From assembly GCA_029567195.1 (NCBI GenBank), contig JAKQLJ010000020.1, positions 3,971-67,970 on the forward strand: DNA of 64,000 bases. Direction: 5' to 3'. Source of the DNA: a bacterium (GTDB lineage Bacteria; Patescibacteriota; Minisyncoccia; Moranbacterales; UBA2206). The position numbers and the translations under genes are program-made. The first letter of the stretch is position 1. Every line of letters starts with the position of its first letter. The notes under the pieces were generated by a model. It was not told where the DNA came from, did no database searches, and saw only the letters and a program-made list of their open reading frames with translations. Positions 10,220-19,283 of the stretch are shown here, in pieces.

Positions 10220-11203
10220 ATGATTAAATACAGTTTTATAATTCCTGTTAAGGAAATAAACGATTATATTCGGGAGTCCATCCCGAAGATTTTGGAAATT
10301 TCCCGGGAGGATTATGAAATAATAATATATCCTGACAATGAGAGCTCGGAATCATGGCCAAAGACAAGGCAAATTGCCAGCGGTCCGGGAGGGCCGGCGA
10401 TGAAAAGGGGGCTGGCAATGAGAGACGCGTTGGGGGATTTTTTGATTTTTATAGACGACGATGCTTTTCCCGAAAATGACATATTAGAAAAGTTAGACGG
10501 CGATTTTTCTGATGAGAAAATAGCGGCCGTCGGCGGTCCGGCAATTACGCCTAGGAATAACAGTTTTTTACAGAAAGTTTCCGGCGGGGTTTATCTGAGC
10601 AATTTAGGAGGAAATTTTCCGGAAAGATATTGCTCTATTGGCAAAAAGAGATTGGTCAGCGACTGGCCAACCGTAAATTTATCTGTTCGAAAAAAAGTTT
10701 TTTTGGAAGTAGGCGGTTTTGACTGCAGTTTTTGGCCGGGAGAGGATACAAAATTCTGTCTGGATATAATCAACAAGCTTGAAAAAAACAACAAGATTCT
10801 CTATGACCCGGAAATTATAGTTTGGCATCATCGAAGAGAGGGGCTGTTGAGGCATCTGAAACAAGTTGCCGGCTATGGTATTCATCGGGGTTTTTTCGCT
10901 AAAAAATATCCTAAAACCTCTTTTAAATTCCGATATTTTGTGCCAAGTTTTTTCTTTTTGTTTGTGGCTTTCGGCTGGCTGACAGTTTTTCTTTCTCCTT
11001 GGATTTTTAAACTTTATCTTTTTGGTTGGATTATATACGGTCTGGCTCTGGTTAAGGTTTTTTTTGATATCACTCGGCGCCAGAAAAATGTTTTAGTCGC
11101 TCTTTATTCTCTGGTTTATGTTTTTTTCACGCATTTGGTTTATGGAGCCAGATTTATACAAGGATTTTTTTATACTAAAGAATTAAAAAGTAAGCTTAGA
11201 TAA
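10220..11203 (+). CDS. Glycosyltransferase family 2 with C-terminal membrane anchor
   Basis: SFIIPVKEIN...IFIDDDAFPEND (DxD), then hydrophobic C-terminal helices. Confidence 0.7.
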   Translation: MIKYSFIIPVKEINDYIRESIPKILEISREDYEIIIYPDNESSESWPKTRQIASGPGGPAMKRGLAMRDALGDFLIFIDDDAFPENDILEKLDGDFSDEKIAAVGGPAITPRNNSFLQKVSGGVYLSNLGGNFPERYCSIGKKRLVSDWPTVNLSVRKKVFLEVGGFDCSFWPGEDTKFCLDIINKLEKNNKILYDPEIIVWHHRREGLLRHLKQVAGYGIHRGFFAKKYPKTSFKFRYFVPSFFFLFVAFGWLTVFLSPWIFKLYLFGWIIYGLALVKVFFDITRRQKNVLVALYSLVYVFFTHLVYGARFIQGFFYTKELKSKLR

Positions 11204-11206
11204 TTT

Positions 11207-12874
11207 ATGGCTGATCAAAATATGCCCGCCAAAGGCGGGTCCGCCTTTGGCGGAAAAATTTCAATTTCTTACCCTCCTTTGGAATCGGAAAAAGGCGTAG
11301 CGTGCCTGAGTCAAAATCGCCAGTTTCAATGGTTTGCCCATCCGACTTACATTTATCCGGTCATTCCGGCTTATGCCGCGTCGCTGTTGGCCAAAAACGG
11401 TTACCAGGTTTTTTGGGATGACGCTATTGCAGAGGAGCTGACTTATGATCAATGGAAAGAAAGAATAATGCGGGAAAAGCCGGACGTCATTGCTATAGAA
11501 ACCAAAACGCCGGTCGTAAAGATGCACTGGAGGATAATTGATGAGATAAAAAAAGAATTGTCGAATTTCTCCCTCCCCTCTGTCCCTTCGGGACATCTCC
11601 CCTCGGGCAAGGGAGAAGGCAATGGATGGAAGCCAATCTTTGTTTTGATGGGGGATCATGTGACAGCGCGCCCTGAAGAATCGCTCAAGAATTGCCAGGT
11701 AGATTATGTAATGGCTTCAGGTGACTACGATTTTATGCTTTTAAATCTAGCCAATCATTTGAGTAAAAACGAACCGCTTGAAGGAGGATTTTGGTATAGA
11801 AAAAGTTGTCATTCCCGGACCTACCTGCCAGAAAGGCAGGAAAGCGGTAATTTAGAGACTGGATCCCCAATCAAGTCGGGGATGACAAATTCAGAAATAA
11901 CTTCTGAATTTGTCAATTCCGGTCCATCAGACATTTCCAAACACAATCTTGACACATTGCCTATAATTGACCGGAAACTCACCAGATGGAAGATGTATGC
12001 TTACAAAAACGGCAATTTCAAATATACTCCCGGCGCTTATATGATGAGCGGCCGCGATTGCTGGTGGGGAAAATGCACTTTTTGTTCCTGGACAACTTTT
12101 TTTCCAGGGGAAAAATTTCGCACTATGTCTGCCCAAAAGGCGCTGGAAGAAGTGGAAAATCTTATCCGGCTGGGAGTGAAAGAAATTATGGAAGACAGCG
12201 GATCTTTGCCGATTGGAAAATGGCTCGATGATTTTTGCAAGGGAATGATTGATAGGGGTTACAATAAAAAAGTGACCATCAGTTGCAATATGCGGATTAC
12301 CGGCATAAAAAAATTGGAAACATGGAAAATGATGAAAAAGGCGGGTTTTAGATTCATCCTTTTCGGTCTGGAATCGGCCAATCAGGAAACTCTGGACAAA
12401 ATCAACAAAAATCTCAAAGTCGAAGAGATTGAGCCGGGACTCAAGATGTGTAAATCCGGAGGGCTCGAACCGCATATAACGGCGATGATCGGCTATCCTT
12501 GGGAAACAAAAGAAATGGCCCAAAAAACGATTGATTTGGCTAAAGATTTATTTAAAAAAGGTTATGTTGATACGCTCCAAGGAACGATTGTCATTCCTTA
12601 CCCCGGAACGCCGCTTTATAAGTATTGCGAAGAAAATAATATGCTTCTGACCCGCGATTATGATCATTTTGACCAGCGAGAAATGGTTATGAAATCATCC
12701 TTATCGTCAGCTGACGCCAAAGAGATGGTCCAGGGCCTTTATAAATCATTCATGAGCCCGCAGTTTATCTGGCGGAAAATAACTTCTATCAGAAGTTTTG
12801 CCGATATCAAGTTTCTTTTTATGGCCGGCTGGAAATGGCTGGGTAAGATGACGGATTTTCACTCTGTCAAATAA
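11207..12874 (+). CDS. Cobalamin (B12)-binding domain radical SAM protein carrying three in-frame GC-rich hairpin insertions
   Basis: N-terminal B12-binding-like region, radical SAM cluster motif DCWWGKCTFC (Cx4Cx2C) and TIM-barrel motifs (ILFGLESANQETLD). Paralogous to 21544-23076. Confidence 0.7.
   Translation: MADQNMPAKGGSAFGGKISISYPPLESEKGVACLSQNRQFQWFAHPTYIYPVIPAYAASLLAKNGYQVFWDDAIAEELTYDQWKERIMREKPDVIAIETKTPVVKMHWRIIDEIKKELSNFSLPSVPSGHLPSGKGEGNGWKPIFVLMGDHVTARPEESLKNCQVDYVMASGDYDFMLLNLANHLSKNEPLEGGFWYRKSCHSRTYLPERQESGNLETGSPIKSGMTNSEITSEFVNSGPSDISKHNLDTLPIIDRKLTRWKMYAYKNGNFKYTPGAYMMSGRDCWWGKCTFCSWTTFFPGEKFRTMSAQKALEEVENLIRLGVKEIMEDSGSLPIGKWLDDFCKGMIDRGYNKKVTISCNMRITGIKKLETWKMMKKAGFRFILFGLESANQETLDKINKNLKVEEIEPGLKMCKSGGLEPHITAMIGYPWETKEMAQKTIDLAKDLFKKGYVDTLQGTIVIPYPGTPLYKYCEENNMLLTRDYDHFDQREMVMKSSLSSADAKEMVQGLYKSFMSPQFIWRKITSIRSFADIKFLFMAGWKWLGKMTDFHSVK
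11223..11258. repeat. GC-rich near-perfect palindrome inside the 5' end of the radical SAM CDS (gcccgccaaaggcgggtccgcctttggcgg)
   Basis: cccgccaaaggcggg and ccgcctttggcgg are mutually complementary hairpins. They encode PAKGGSAFGG in-frame. Confidence 0.45.
11566..11625. repeat. In-frame GC-rich double hairpin (gtcccttcgggac / tctcccctcgggcaagggaga) within the radical SAM CDS
   Basis: Two stem-loops of 5-6 bp stems. The local GC is far above the surrounding coding sequence. It encodes LPSVPSGHLPSGKGEG. Confidence 0.4.
11805..11890. repeat. In-frame palindromic mobile-element copy (ttgtcattcccgg...ctggatccccaatcaagtcggggatgacaa) inside the radical SAM CDS
   Basis: It shares its termini (ttgtcattccc / ggggatgacaa) and the ccccaatcaagtcgggg hairpin with the 1187-1310 element. 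It translates as SCHSRTYLPERQESGNLETGSPIKSGMTNS without a stop. Confidence 0.6.
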
Positions 12875-12889
12875 GACTTGAGTTTGTTG

Positions 12890-12975
12890 ATCCATTCAAC
12901 ATTAATTCGTCATCCTGAATTTGATTCAGGATCTTCTAATAAACCTGCCTACCGGACAGGCAGGCAAGTTCAGCA
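12890..12975. terminator. Pair of hairpins between convergent genes (atcctgaat-ttg-attcaggat; cctgcc-taccggaca-ggcagg), putative bidirectional terminator
   Basis: A 9-bp and a 6-bp stem sit in the 125-bp gap between the stop of the + strand rSAM gene (12874) and the stop of the - strand TPR gene (13000). The second hairpin is related to the gcctaccggcaggcagg repeat core. Confidence 0.4.
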
Positions 12976-12999
12976 TAACAAAAAAATAAACAAGCCCTG

Positions 13000-14739
13000 T
13001 TACTTGGTAGAGTTTAACTTTGATTCAATTATCTTTAAATTTCCCTGAATATTCGGGTCGTTAGGATTTGTCTCCGCGGCTTTTTTTATCATCTCATATG
13101 ACTTTTGGTAATTGCCTCGTTCAAAATAAATGGCGGCTATGTTTTGATAACTTTGCCAAAGGTTGGGATTTATGGAAACGGCCTTTTGATAGCTTTCCAA
13201 CGCTTCCTCAATTTTTCCCATTTCTATATATGTATTGCCTAGATTATGGTAAGCATCGGCATAGTTGGGATTAATTTCAACGGCTTTTTTAAATTCTTCA
13301 ACCGCTTTTTCATAATTTTTCTGCCGGCCGTAAACGTCACCCAAATTATTATGAATATTTTGTCCGGAAGGAGAGGTTTTGGCGGTGGCAAGCCAAAGCG
13401 TATCTTCATTTTGCCAATCCATATTTCTGACGATGGTCCTTGCAGAAAGCAAAACAATTAGAATGGCAAAAACGGAATAAATAATATTTTTTCGGTTGCT
13501 GTATTTTTCAATCAGCCAGTTGAAAAACAGGGCGATAACCACAAATATTCCCAAGGATCCGAGGTAAACATATCGTTCGGCGACTATCCAGGAAATTTTG
13601 AAAGGTGTCAGGGTGGGGGAAAGAGTGATGATGAAAAAGGATAGCCAAAAGAAAACGGCTTTGTTTTTTTTCCAGCCGTAAAATATAAAAGCCAAAAACA
13701 GAAAAAATACCGACAAAAAAATAATATATTGGAAAGTGCTAAAAAACATCTCTGTTTGGTAAAGGCTTAATTTATCCGGCCAGAAAATTAATTTAAGATA
13801 AGAAGAAGTGGCTATTGGAATCTGGACAAATAGGTTGATTGACTGAGTGTCTTGATAGGTAGTTGATTCCAAATCGGCTATCCTGCCACCAATCCTGGCG
13901 GCATACATGATAATTAAAAGCAAACTCATCGAGAAGAAAGGGATAATTTTTTTCCAATTATCTTTCAATTTTCCGGCTGAAATTTCATAAACGAAAAGAA
14001 TAGCAAAAAAAACCATCGATTTTTCAGAAGACAAAAGGGAAAAGGCAAAGGCTAAAACCGCTACCCAGTATATTTTTTTGTTTTCTCCAGAAATAAGATA
14101 AAGGAAAAAGGAAAGAAGGAGAAAAAAGCCGTATTGGGAATACGGTCCGCCGGAGATCCATGTTATAGATTCTGCCATAATGGGATGAATGGCGAAAAGC
14201 AAAGAAGCAAAAATGGCAATCAATTTTTTATTGGTCAAGAAGTTTAGTATGGCAAAAGCCAAGAAAGACGATCCAAGATGAAAAGCGATATTGATTACAC
14301 GGAAAAAGGCTGGATTCAGACCGCCGAGGTGAAAAGAAAAAAAATATAAAATATTTCTCACCGATCCTACCAGTGATTGCGTTAGGGCAAAGGTAAAATC
14401 TCCCACTCGGGGATTTTTTGAAATAAGCTGAACGTCATCGGAAACAAAGCCATTATCAAAAGCATTAAAATAAACTAAAAAAATAGATAGGGATAACATA
14501 ATCAATATATTTATGTTATCAGCGATAAATTCTTTAAAATTGAAATTCGAATCTTTCAAAAAAGGCTTATTAGATGGGTTTTTGGCAATGAAGGAGTTGT
14601 ATTTTTCCTTAGGCCAATGAGTTTTGATGTAGCGGAGAACTTCACCTTCCGGCAAATCCAAGTCCCTCCTTATCTTTTCCAAAGAGAGTCTTTTGATATT
14701 TTTCTTGATGTAATGCTTTTGGCTGGATGTCAGAGACAT
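13000..14739 (-). CDS. Membrane protein with C-terminal TPR repeats (TMTC/PMT-like putative glycosyltransferase)
   Basis: An N-terminal cytoplasmic segment is followed by ~10 TM helices. The C-terminal ~140 aa contain three or four TPR units (AYHNLGNTYIEMGKIEEALESYQKAVSINPN...). Confidence 0.6.
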   Translation of the reverse strand: MSLTSSQKHYIKKNIKRLSLEKIRRDLDLPEGEVLRYIKTHWPKEKYNSFIAKNPSNKPFLKDSNFNFKEFIADNINILIMLSLSIFLVYFNAFDNGFVSDDVQLISKNPRVGDFTFALTQSLVGSVRNILYFFSFHLGGLNPAFFRVINIAFHLGSSFLAFAILNFLTNKKLIAIFASLLFAIHPIMAESITWISGGPYSQYGFFLLLSFFLYLISGENKKIYWVAVLAFAFSLLSSEKSMVFFAILFVYEISAGKLKDNWKKIIPFFSMSLLLIIMYAARIGGRIADLESTTYQDTQSINLFVQIPIATSSYLKLIFWPDKLSLYQTEMFFSTFQYIIFLSVFFLFLAFIFYGWKKNKAVFFWLSFFIITLSPTLTPFKISWIVAERYVYLGSLGIFVVIALFFNWLIEKYSNRKNIIYSVFAILIVLLSARTIVRNMDWQNEDTLWLATAKTSPSGQNIHNNLGDVYGRQKNYEKAVEEFKKAVEINPNYADAYHNLGNTYIEMGKIEEALESYQKAVSINPNLWQSYQNIAAIYFERGNYQKSYEMIKKAAETNPNDPNIQGNLKIIESKLNSTK

Positions 14740-14802
14740 AAGAGTGTTGTTTATTTAATACTATTATATTATGATTTAAAAGTAAATTGATAAAAACAAA
14801 AA

Positions 14803-15300
14803 ATGAATCTTTTTGTCCATCTTTTAATTCACATTTTGTTCGGCCTTCTGGCCGGATTTATTGTTTGGAGAATTTGGAAAAAAATAATTCTGTCTTTTTT
14901 TTCGGCTCTTCTTTCCGGGGTAGCAGTGGATTTTGATCATCTAATTGATTATTTTCTCGTTTTTGGCGCTGATTTCCGGCTGGATTATTTCATAAACGGC
15001 TATTCTTTTTTAAAAAGCGACAAAATTTACGTTTTGTTTCACGGCTGGGAATATGTTATCATAGGGGCGGCGCTGGCGTTAATTTTGGAAAATAAAACAG
15101 CAAAAACAATTTTTTTGGCACTGTCTTTAGGGCTATTTTTTCATTTAAGTGCCGATGTTTTTATTGATAATTTGCCGGTGAAATCTTATTCCTTGCTTTA
15201 TCGGGCTAAAAATAATTTTGATTCTCAAAAATTGCTTTATCCCGATCATTGGCAAAAACACCTGAGGCAAAAAGGGGAGCTAATTTTAATTAAAGAATAA
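14803..15300 (+). CDS. Small inner-membrane protein, DUF457/YdjM-like putative metal-dependent hydrolase
   Basis: 165 aa with four hydrophobic segments and conserved His/Asp motifs ([23 protein letters not shown]). Confidence 0.4.
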   Translation: MNLFVHLLIHILFGLLAGFIVWRIWKKIILSFFSALLSGVAVDFDHLIDYFLVFGADFRLDYFINGYSFLKSDKIYVLFHGWEYVIIGAALALILENKTAKTIFLALSLGLFFHLSADVFIDNLPVKSYSLLYRAKNNFDSQKLLYPDHWQKHLRQKGELILIKE

Positions 15301-15301
15301 A

Positions 15302-16273
15302 ATGATTGATAATAAATCCGCTTATGGCGGAAAAAAAATATTAGTAACAGGCGGAGCAGGTTTTATCGGGTCGCATTTATGCCGAAGACTTTTGGAAGAG
15401 GGGAATGAAGTTTTGTGCGTGGATAATTTTTTTACCGGCAACAAAAAAAACATCCTGGATTTAACGGAAAACAAAAAATTCGAATTTATGCGTCACGATG
15501 TGACTTTTCCCCTTTATGTTGAAGTGGATCAGATTTATAACTTGGCTTGTCCGGCTTCGCCTATTCATTATCAGTTTGATCCGGTTCAAACCACCAAAAC
15601 TTCGGTTCACGGAGCAATCAATATGCTGGGGCTGGCCAAGAGGACAAAAGCCACAATTCTTCAGGCTTCCACTTCTGAAGTTTACGGGGATCCGGAAATT
15701 CATCCTCAAGTGGAATCATATTGGGGACGGGTAAATCCTATCGGTATTCGCTCCTGCTATGATGAAGGAAAGAGATGTGCCGAAACCTTGTTTTTTGACT
15801 ATTGGCGCCAGCATAAATTGCCGATACGAGTTATTAGAATTTTTAACACTTACGGTCCTAATATGCACCCTCGGGACGGCCGGGTGGTTTCTAATTTTAT
15901 TGTCCAAGCCCTTAAAAATGAAGACATAACCATTTATGGCGACGGATCGCAAACCAGAAGTTTTCAGTATGTTGATGATCTTATTAGTGGCATGATAAAA
16001 ATGATGGACAATAAGGAAAATTTTACTGGTCCGGTAAACATCGGTAACCCGCATGAATTTACCATAAAGGAACTGGCGGAAAAAGTTTTGAAGATGATTC
16101 CGGAAAGCAAAAGCCGGATTATCTACAACGATCTTCCGCAAGATGATCCGAAAAAGAGACAGCCGGATATAACTCTGGCCAAGGAAAAACTCGATTGGGA
16201 GCCAAAAATACAGCTGGAGGAAGGGCTTAAAAAAACAATCGGATATTTCAACAGTATAAAGAGTGAATTATAA
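15302..16273 (+). CDS. uxs: UDP-glucuronate decarboxylase (UDP-xylose synthase)
   Basis: [24 protein letters not shown], the YDEGKR catalytic Tyr/Lys and [22 protein letters not shown] are near-canonical UXS/ArnA-C-terminal-domain motifs. Confidence 0.85.
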   Translation: MIDNKSAYGGKKILVTGGAGFIGSHLCRRLLEEGNEVLCVDNFFTGNKKNILDLTENKKFEFMRHDVTFPLYVEVDQIYNLACPASPIHYQFDPVQTTKTSVHGAINMLGLAKRTKATILQASTSEVYGDPEIHPQVESYWGRVNPIGIRSCYDEGKRCAETLFFDYWRQHKLPIRVIRIFNTYGPNMHPRDGRVVSNFIVQALKNEDITIYGDGSQTRSFQYVDDLISGMIKMMDNKENFTGPVNIGNPHEFTIKELAEKVLKMIPESKSRIIYNDLPQDDPKKRQPDITLAKEKLDWEPKIQLEEGLKKTIGYFNSIKSEL

Positions 16274-16291
16274 ATTTAATATTGAATTTTT

Positions 16292-17299
16292 ATGAAACAA
16301 AAATTTTCATTACCCTTGGTTAATGCTCATACTCATCTGGCGATGATTGCCTTTCGGGGAAAAGCGGAAGACTTACCGCTCGAAAAATGGCTGGAGGAGA
16401 ATATCTGGCCGGCAGAAAGTAAATTTGTCCGTCCGAAATTTGTTTATGAAAATTCCAAAAAAGCGATAAGGGAAATGCGCAAAAACGGGATTGAATTTTT
16501 TTTGGATATGTATTTTTTTGAAGACGAAGTGGCCAGGGCGGCCAGGGAACTGAAAATGAAGGCGGTAATCGGGGAGGCGATGCTTGATTTTCCTACTCCC
16601 AGTGCCAAAAATTTCGATGAAAGCATTGTTATTACTGAGAAATTATTAAAAAAATACAAAAAAGATCCTTTTGTTAAAGTGGCGGTTTCTCCCCACTCTA
16701 TTTATACGGTATCAAAAGAAAACCTGATAAGAGCTAAAAAATTGGCCCGGCAGTATAATGCCATTTATCATATTCATGTAGCGGAAACGAAGTATGAAGT
16801 GGAGGAGTGTCTTAAGAATAATAAAATGGCGCCGATTGAGTATCTGGATAAGATCGGGGTGTTGGATGAAAAAACGATTATGGCTCATTGCGTTTGGCTC
16901 ACTGACAAAGAAATAAACATAATAGCCAAACGAAAAGCGAAGGTTGTCCATTGCCCTTTGAGCAATCTAAAACTCGGGTCAGGCATTGCTCCAATAGCCA
17001 AATTAAGAGAAAAGGGGGTGGCGGTGGCTCTGGGAACCGATGGCGCGGCCAGCTCGAATAGGCTTGATATCTGGGAGGCAGGCAAATTCGCTGCTCTCCT
17101 TCAAAAAGGCATAAGTCATGATCCGACTAAAATTCCAGCCAGAGAGGCTGTTTACATGATGACAATAGCCGGAATGGAAGCCCTGGGAATAGACAGCATT
17201 AAGGGCGTTTCGCTTTCCAATTGGAAGAAAAAATTTCAAAAAATGAAGGATTTTAGTTATCTTTACGAACTTAACTCGGAAAAAATTAAATTTTGGTAA
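16292..17299 (+). CDS. Amidohydrolase family protein (MtaD/chlorohydrolase-like deaminase), short form
   Basis: LVNAHTHLAMIAFRG metal-binding HxH motif, HIHVAETKYE and ALGTDGAASSNRLD. At 335 aa it is about 100 aa shorter than typical family members. Confidence 0.6.
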   Translation: MKQKFSLPLVNAHTHLAMIAFRGKAEDLPLEKWLEENIWPAESKFVRPKFVYENSKKAIREMRKNGIEFFLDMYFFEDEVARAARELKMKAVIGEAMLDFPTPSAKNFDESIVITEKLLKKYKKDPFVKVAVSPHSIYTVSKENLIRAKKLARQYNAIYHIHVAETKYEVEECLKNNKMAPIEYLDKIGVLDEKTIMAHCVWLTDKEINIIAKRKAKVVHCPLSNLKLGSGIAPIAKLREKGVAVALGTDGAASSNRLDIWEAGKFAALLQKGISHDPTKIPAREAVYMMTIAGMEALGIDSIKGVSLSNWKKKFQKMKDFSYLYELNSEKIKFW

Positions 17300-17303
17300 A
17301 TTT

Positions 17304-18119
17304 ATGGAACGTCCTCTTGTTTCCGTTATTATAACCACCAGAAACGAAGAAAAAAATATCGGCAACTGTCTGGAATCAATAAAAAAACAAAAGTATCCAA
17401 CGGAACTTTTGGAAATCATTGTTGTGGATAACAATTCAGAGGACAAGACAAAGGAGACAGCCTTAAAATATACGGATAAGTTTTTTAATAAGGGACCGGA
17501 ACGCAGTGCGCAAAGAAATTATGGGGTGGAAAAATCAAGCGGGGAATATTTTATTTATCTTGATGCCGATATGGTGATGAATGAGAATGTTATTGATCAT
17601 TCGATAGAAAAGATTAAAAGCAATCCGGAAATAGTCGCTCTTTATATCACGGAAATTGTTACCGGAAAAAAGTTTTGGAGCAAAGTCCGAAGGTTTGAGC
17701 GGAGTTTTTATGACGGAACGGTCATTGATTGCGTTCGGTTTATAAAAAAAGACAAATTTCTGGAAGTCGGGGGATTTGACGAGAAACTGACTGGTCCTGA
17801 AGATTGGGATTTGGATAAAAAATTGAGAAATATTGGGAAAACCGTTCTTTTGAAAACCCCTATTTATCATAATGAGGCAGAATTTAATATAAGAAAATAT
17901 CTTAGTAAAAAAGGATATTACGCTCAAAATTTTAATGCCTATATTGCCAAATGGGGGAAAGATGACCCGGACGTCAGCAAGCAATTTGGATTTTTTTATC
18001 GATTTTTCAGTGTTTTTTTAGAAAGAGGAAAATGGAAAAAAATTATTTTTCATCCTATTCTAACACTGGGGATGTATTTGCTTAGATTTTTGGTAGGGAT
18101 AAAATTTTTGTTTCGTTAG
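17304..18119 (+). CDS. Glycosyltransferase family 2
   Basis: VSVIITTRNEEKNI...IVVDNNSEDKT...YLDADMV (DxD). Confidence 0.7.
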   Translation: MERPLVSVIITTRNEEKNIGNCLESIKKQKYPTELLEIIVVDNNSEDKTKETALKYTDKFFNKGPERSAQRNYGVEKSSGEYFIYLDADMVMNENVIDHSIEKIKSNPEIVALYITEIVTGKKFWSKVRRFERSFYDGTVIDCVRFIKKDKFLEVGGFDEKLTGPEDWDLDKKLRNIGKTVLLKTPIYHNEAEFNIRKYLSKKGYYAQNFNAYIAKWGKDDPDVSKQFGFFYRFFSVFLERGKWKKIIFHPILTLGMYLLRFLVGIKFLFR

Positions 18120-18129
18120 ATTTAAATAA

Positions 18130-18165
18130 TTGATAAAGAGGCTGAAAATATGCTATATTGGGTTA
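18130..18165 (+). promoter_or_regulatory. Candidate sigma70-type promoter (TTGATA - 18 nt - TGcTATATT extended -10)
   Basis: Located in the 108-bp gap upstream of the gene starting at 18228. The hexamers are read directly from the sequence. Confidence 0.35.
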
Positions 18166-18227
18166 AGTTATCTTTGCGAAAACAAGGATATGTTTTTTGA
18201 TTAATTAATTAAAAATTCACAAAAAAA

Positions 18228-19274
18228 ATGAAAAAAATGCTTGTTACTGGATCAGGGGGGCTTATTGGATCAGAATCCGTCCGATTTTTTTCGGAAAAAG
18301 GATTTGAAATTCATGGAATCGACAATAATATGCGGGCTTATTTTTTTGGGAAAGATGCCAGCACAGAATGGAGCGTAAAAGAACTCAAAAAAAATATTCC
18401 TAATTATGTTCACCATGATGTTGATATTCGGAACAAGGAAGGGATTGAAAAAATATTTAAAAAATATAAATTTGATCTTATAGTTCATACTGCTGCTCAA
18501 CCGTCTCATGATTGGGCGGCCAGAGAACCATACACTGATTTTGAAGTCAATGCTCACGGGACATTAGTTATGCTGGAAAACTTCAGAAATTATTGTCCGA
18601 AAGCGGTTTTTATTTTTACTTCTACTAATAAAGTTTATGGTGATACTCCCAACATCTTGCCTATAGTGGAACTAGAAAGTCGTTTTGAGATTGATGTTCG
18701 TCATCCTTTTTATAAGGGAATAGATGAAAGTATGAGCATTGATCATTCTAAGCATAGTATTTTTGGAGCTTCTAAATGTGCGGCGGATATAATGGTTCAG
18801 GAATATGGACGTTATTTTAATTTAAAAACAGCTGTTTTTAGGGGAGGTTGCCTAACAGGCCCTAACCACAGCGGAGCAGAACTTCATGGATTTTTAGCCT
18901 ATCTTGGCAAATGTATTGCTACTGGCAAACAATATACAATTTTTGGTTATAAAGGAAAGCAAGTCCGGGATAATATTCACTCCTATGATTTGGTTAATGC
19001 TTTTTGGCATTTTTACAAAAAACCGCGAATAGCGGAAGTTTACAATATGGGTGGTGGACGTCATTCTAATATTTCCATGAAGGAGGCGATAGAAAAATTT
19101 GAAAAAATTACCGGGAAAAAAGCAAATATAAAATATATCAAGCAAAACCGAATTGGAGATCATATCTGGTATATAAGTGATGTATCTAAATTTCAAAGGC
19201 ATTATCCGAAATGGAATTTTAAATATGGAATTGATGACATTATGCATGAGATTTGTAAGTACGGTCATTTCTAA
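18228..19274 (+). CDS. NAD-dependent epimerase, CDP-paratose/tyvelose 2-epimerase-like
   Basis: [34 protein letters not shown] and NMGGG...[10 protein letters not shown] resemble RfbE/Tyv-family motifs ([19 protein letters not shown]). Confidence 0.6.
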   Translation: MKKMLVTGSGGLIGSESVRFFSEKGFEIHGIDNNMRAYFFGKDASTEWSVKELKKNIPNYVHHDVDIRNKEGIEKIFKKYKFDLIVHTAAQPSHDWAAREPYTDFEVNAHGTLVMLENFRNYCPKAVFIFTSTNKVYGDTPNILPIVELESRFEIDVRHPFYKGIDESMSIDHSKHSIFGASKCAADIMVQEYGRYFNLKTAVFRGGCLTGPNHSGAELHGFLAYLGKCIATGKQYTIFGYKGKQVRDNIHSYDLVNAFWHFYKKPRIAEVYNMGGGRHSNISMKEAIEKFEKITGKKANIKYIKQNRIGDHIWYISDVSKFQRHYPKWNFKYGIDDIMHEICKYGHF

Positions 19275-19283
19275 GTAAATTTT

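Noticed and set aside
11927-12523. 198-aa and shorter minus-strand ORFs inside the radical SAM gene
   Set aside because: Embedded antisense in a CDS with clear rSAM motifs. No RBS or motif support.
15716-16141. 141-aa minus-strand ORF inside uxs
   Set aside because: Antisense to a near-canonical UDP-xylose synthase. Spurious.
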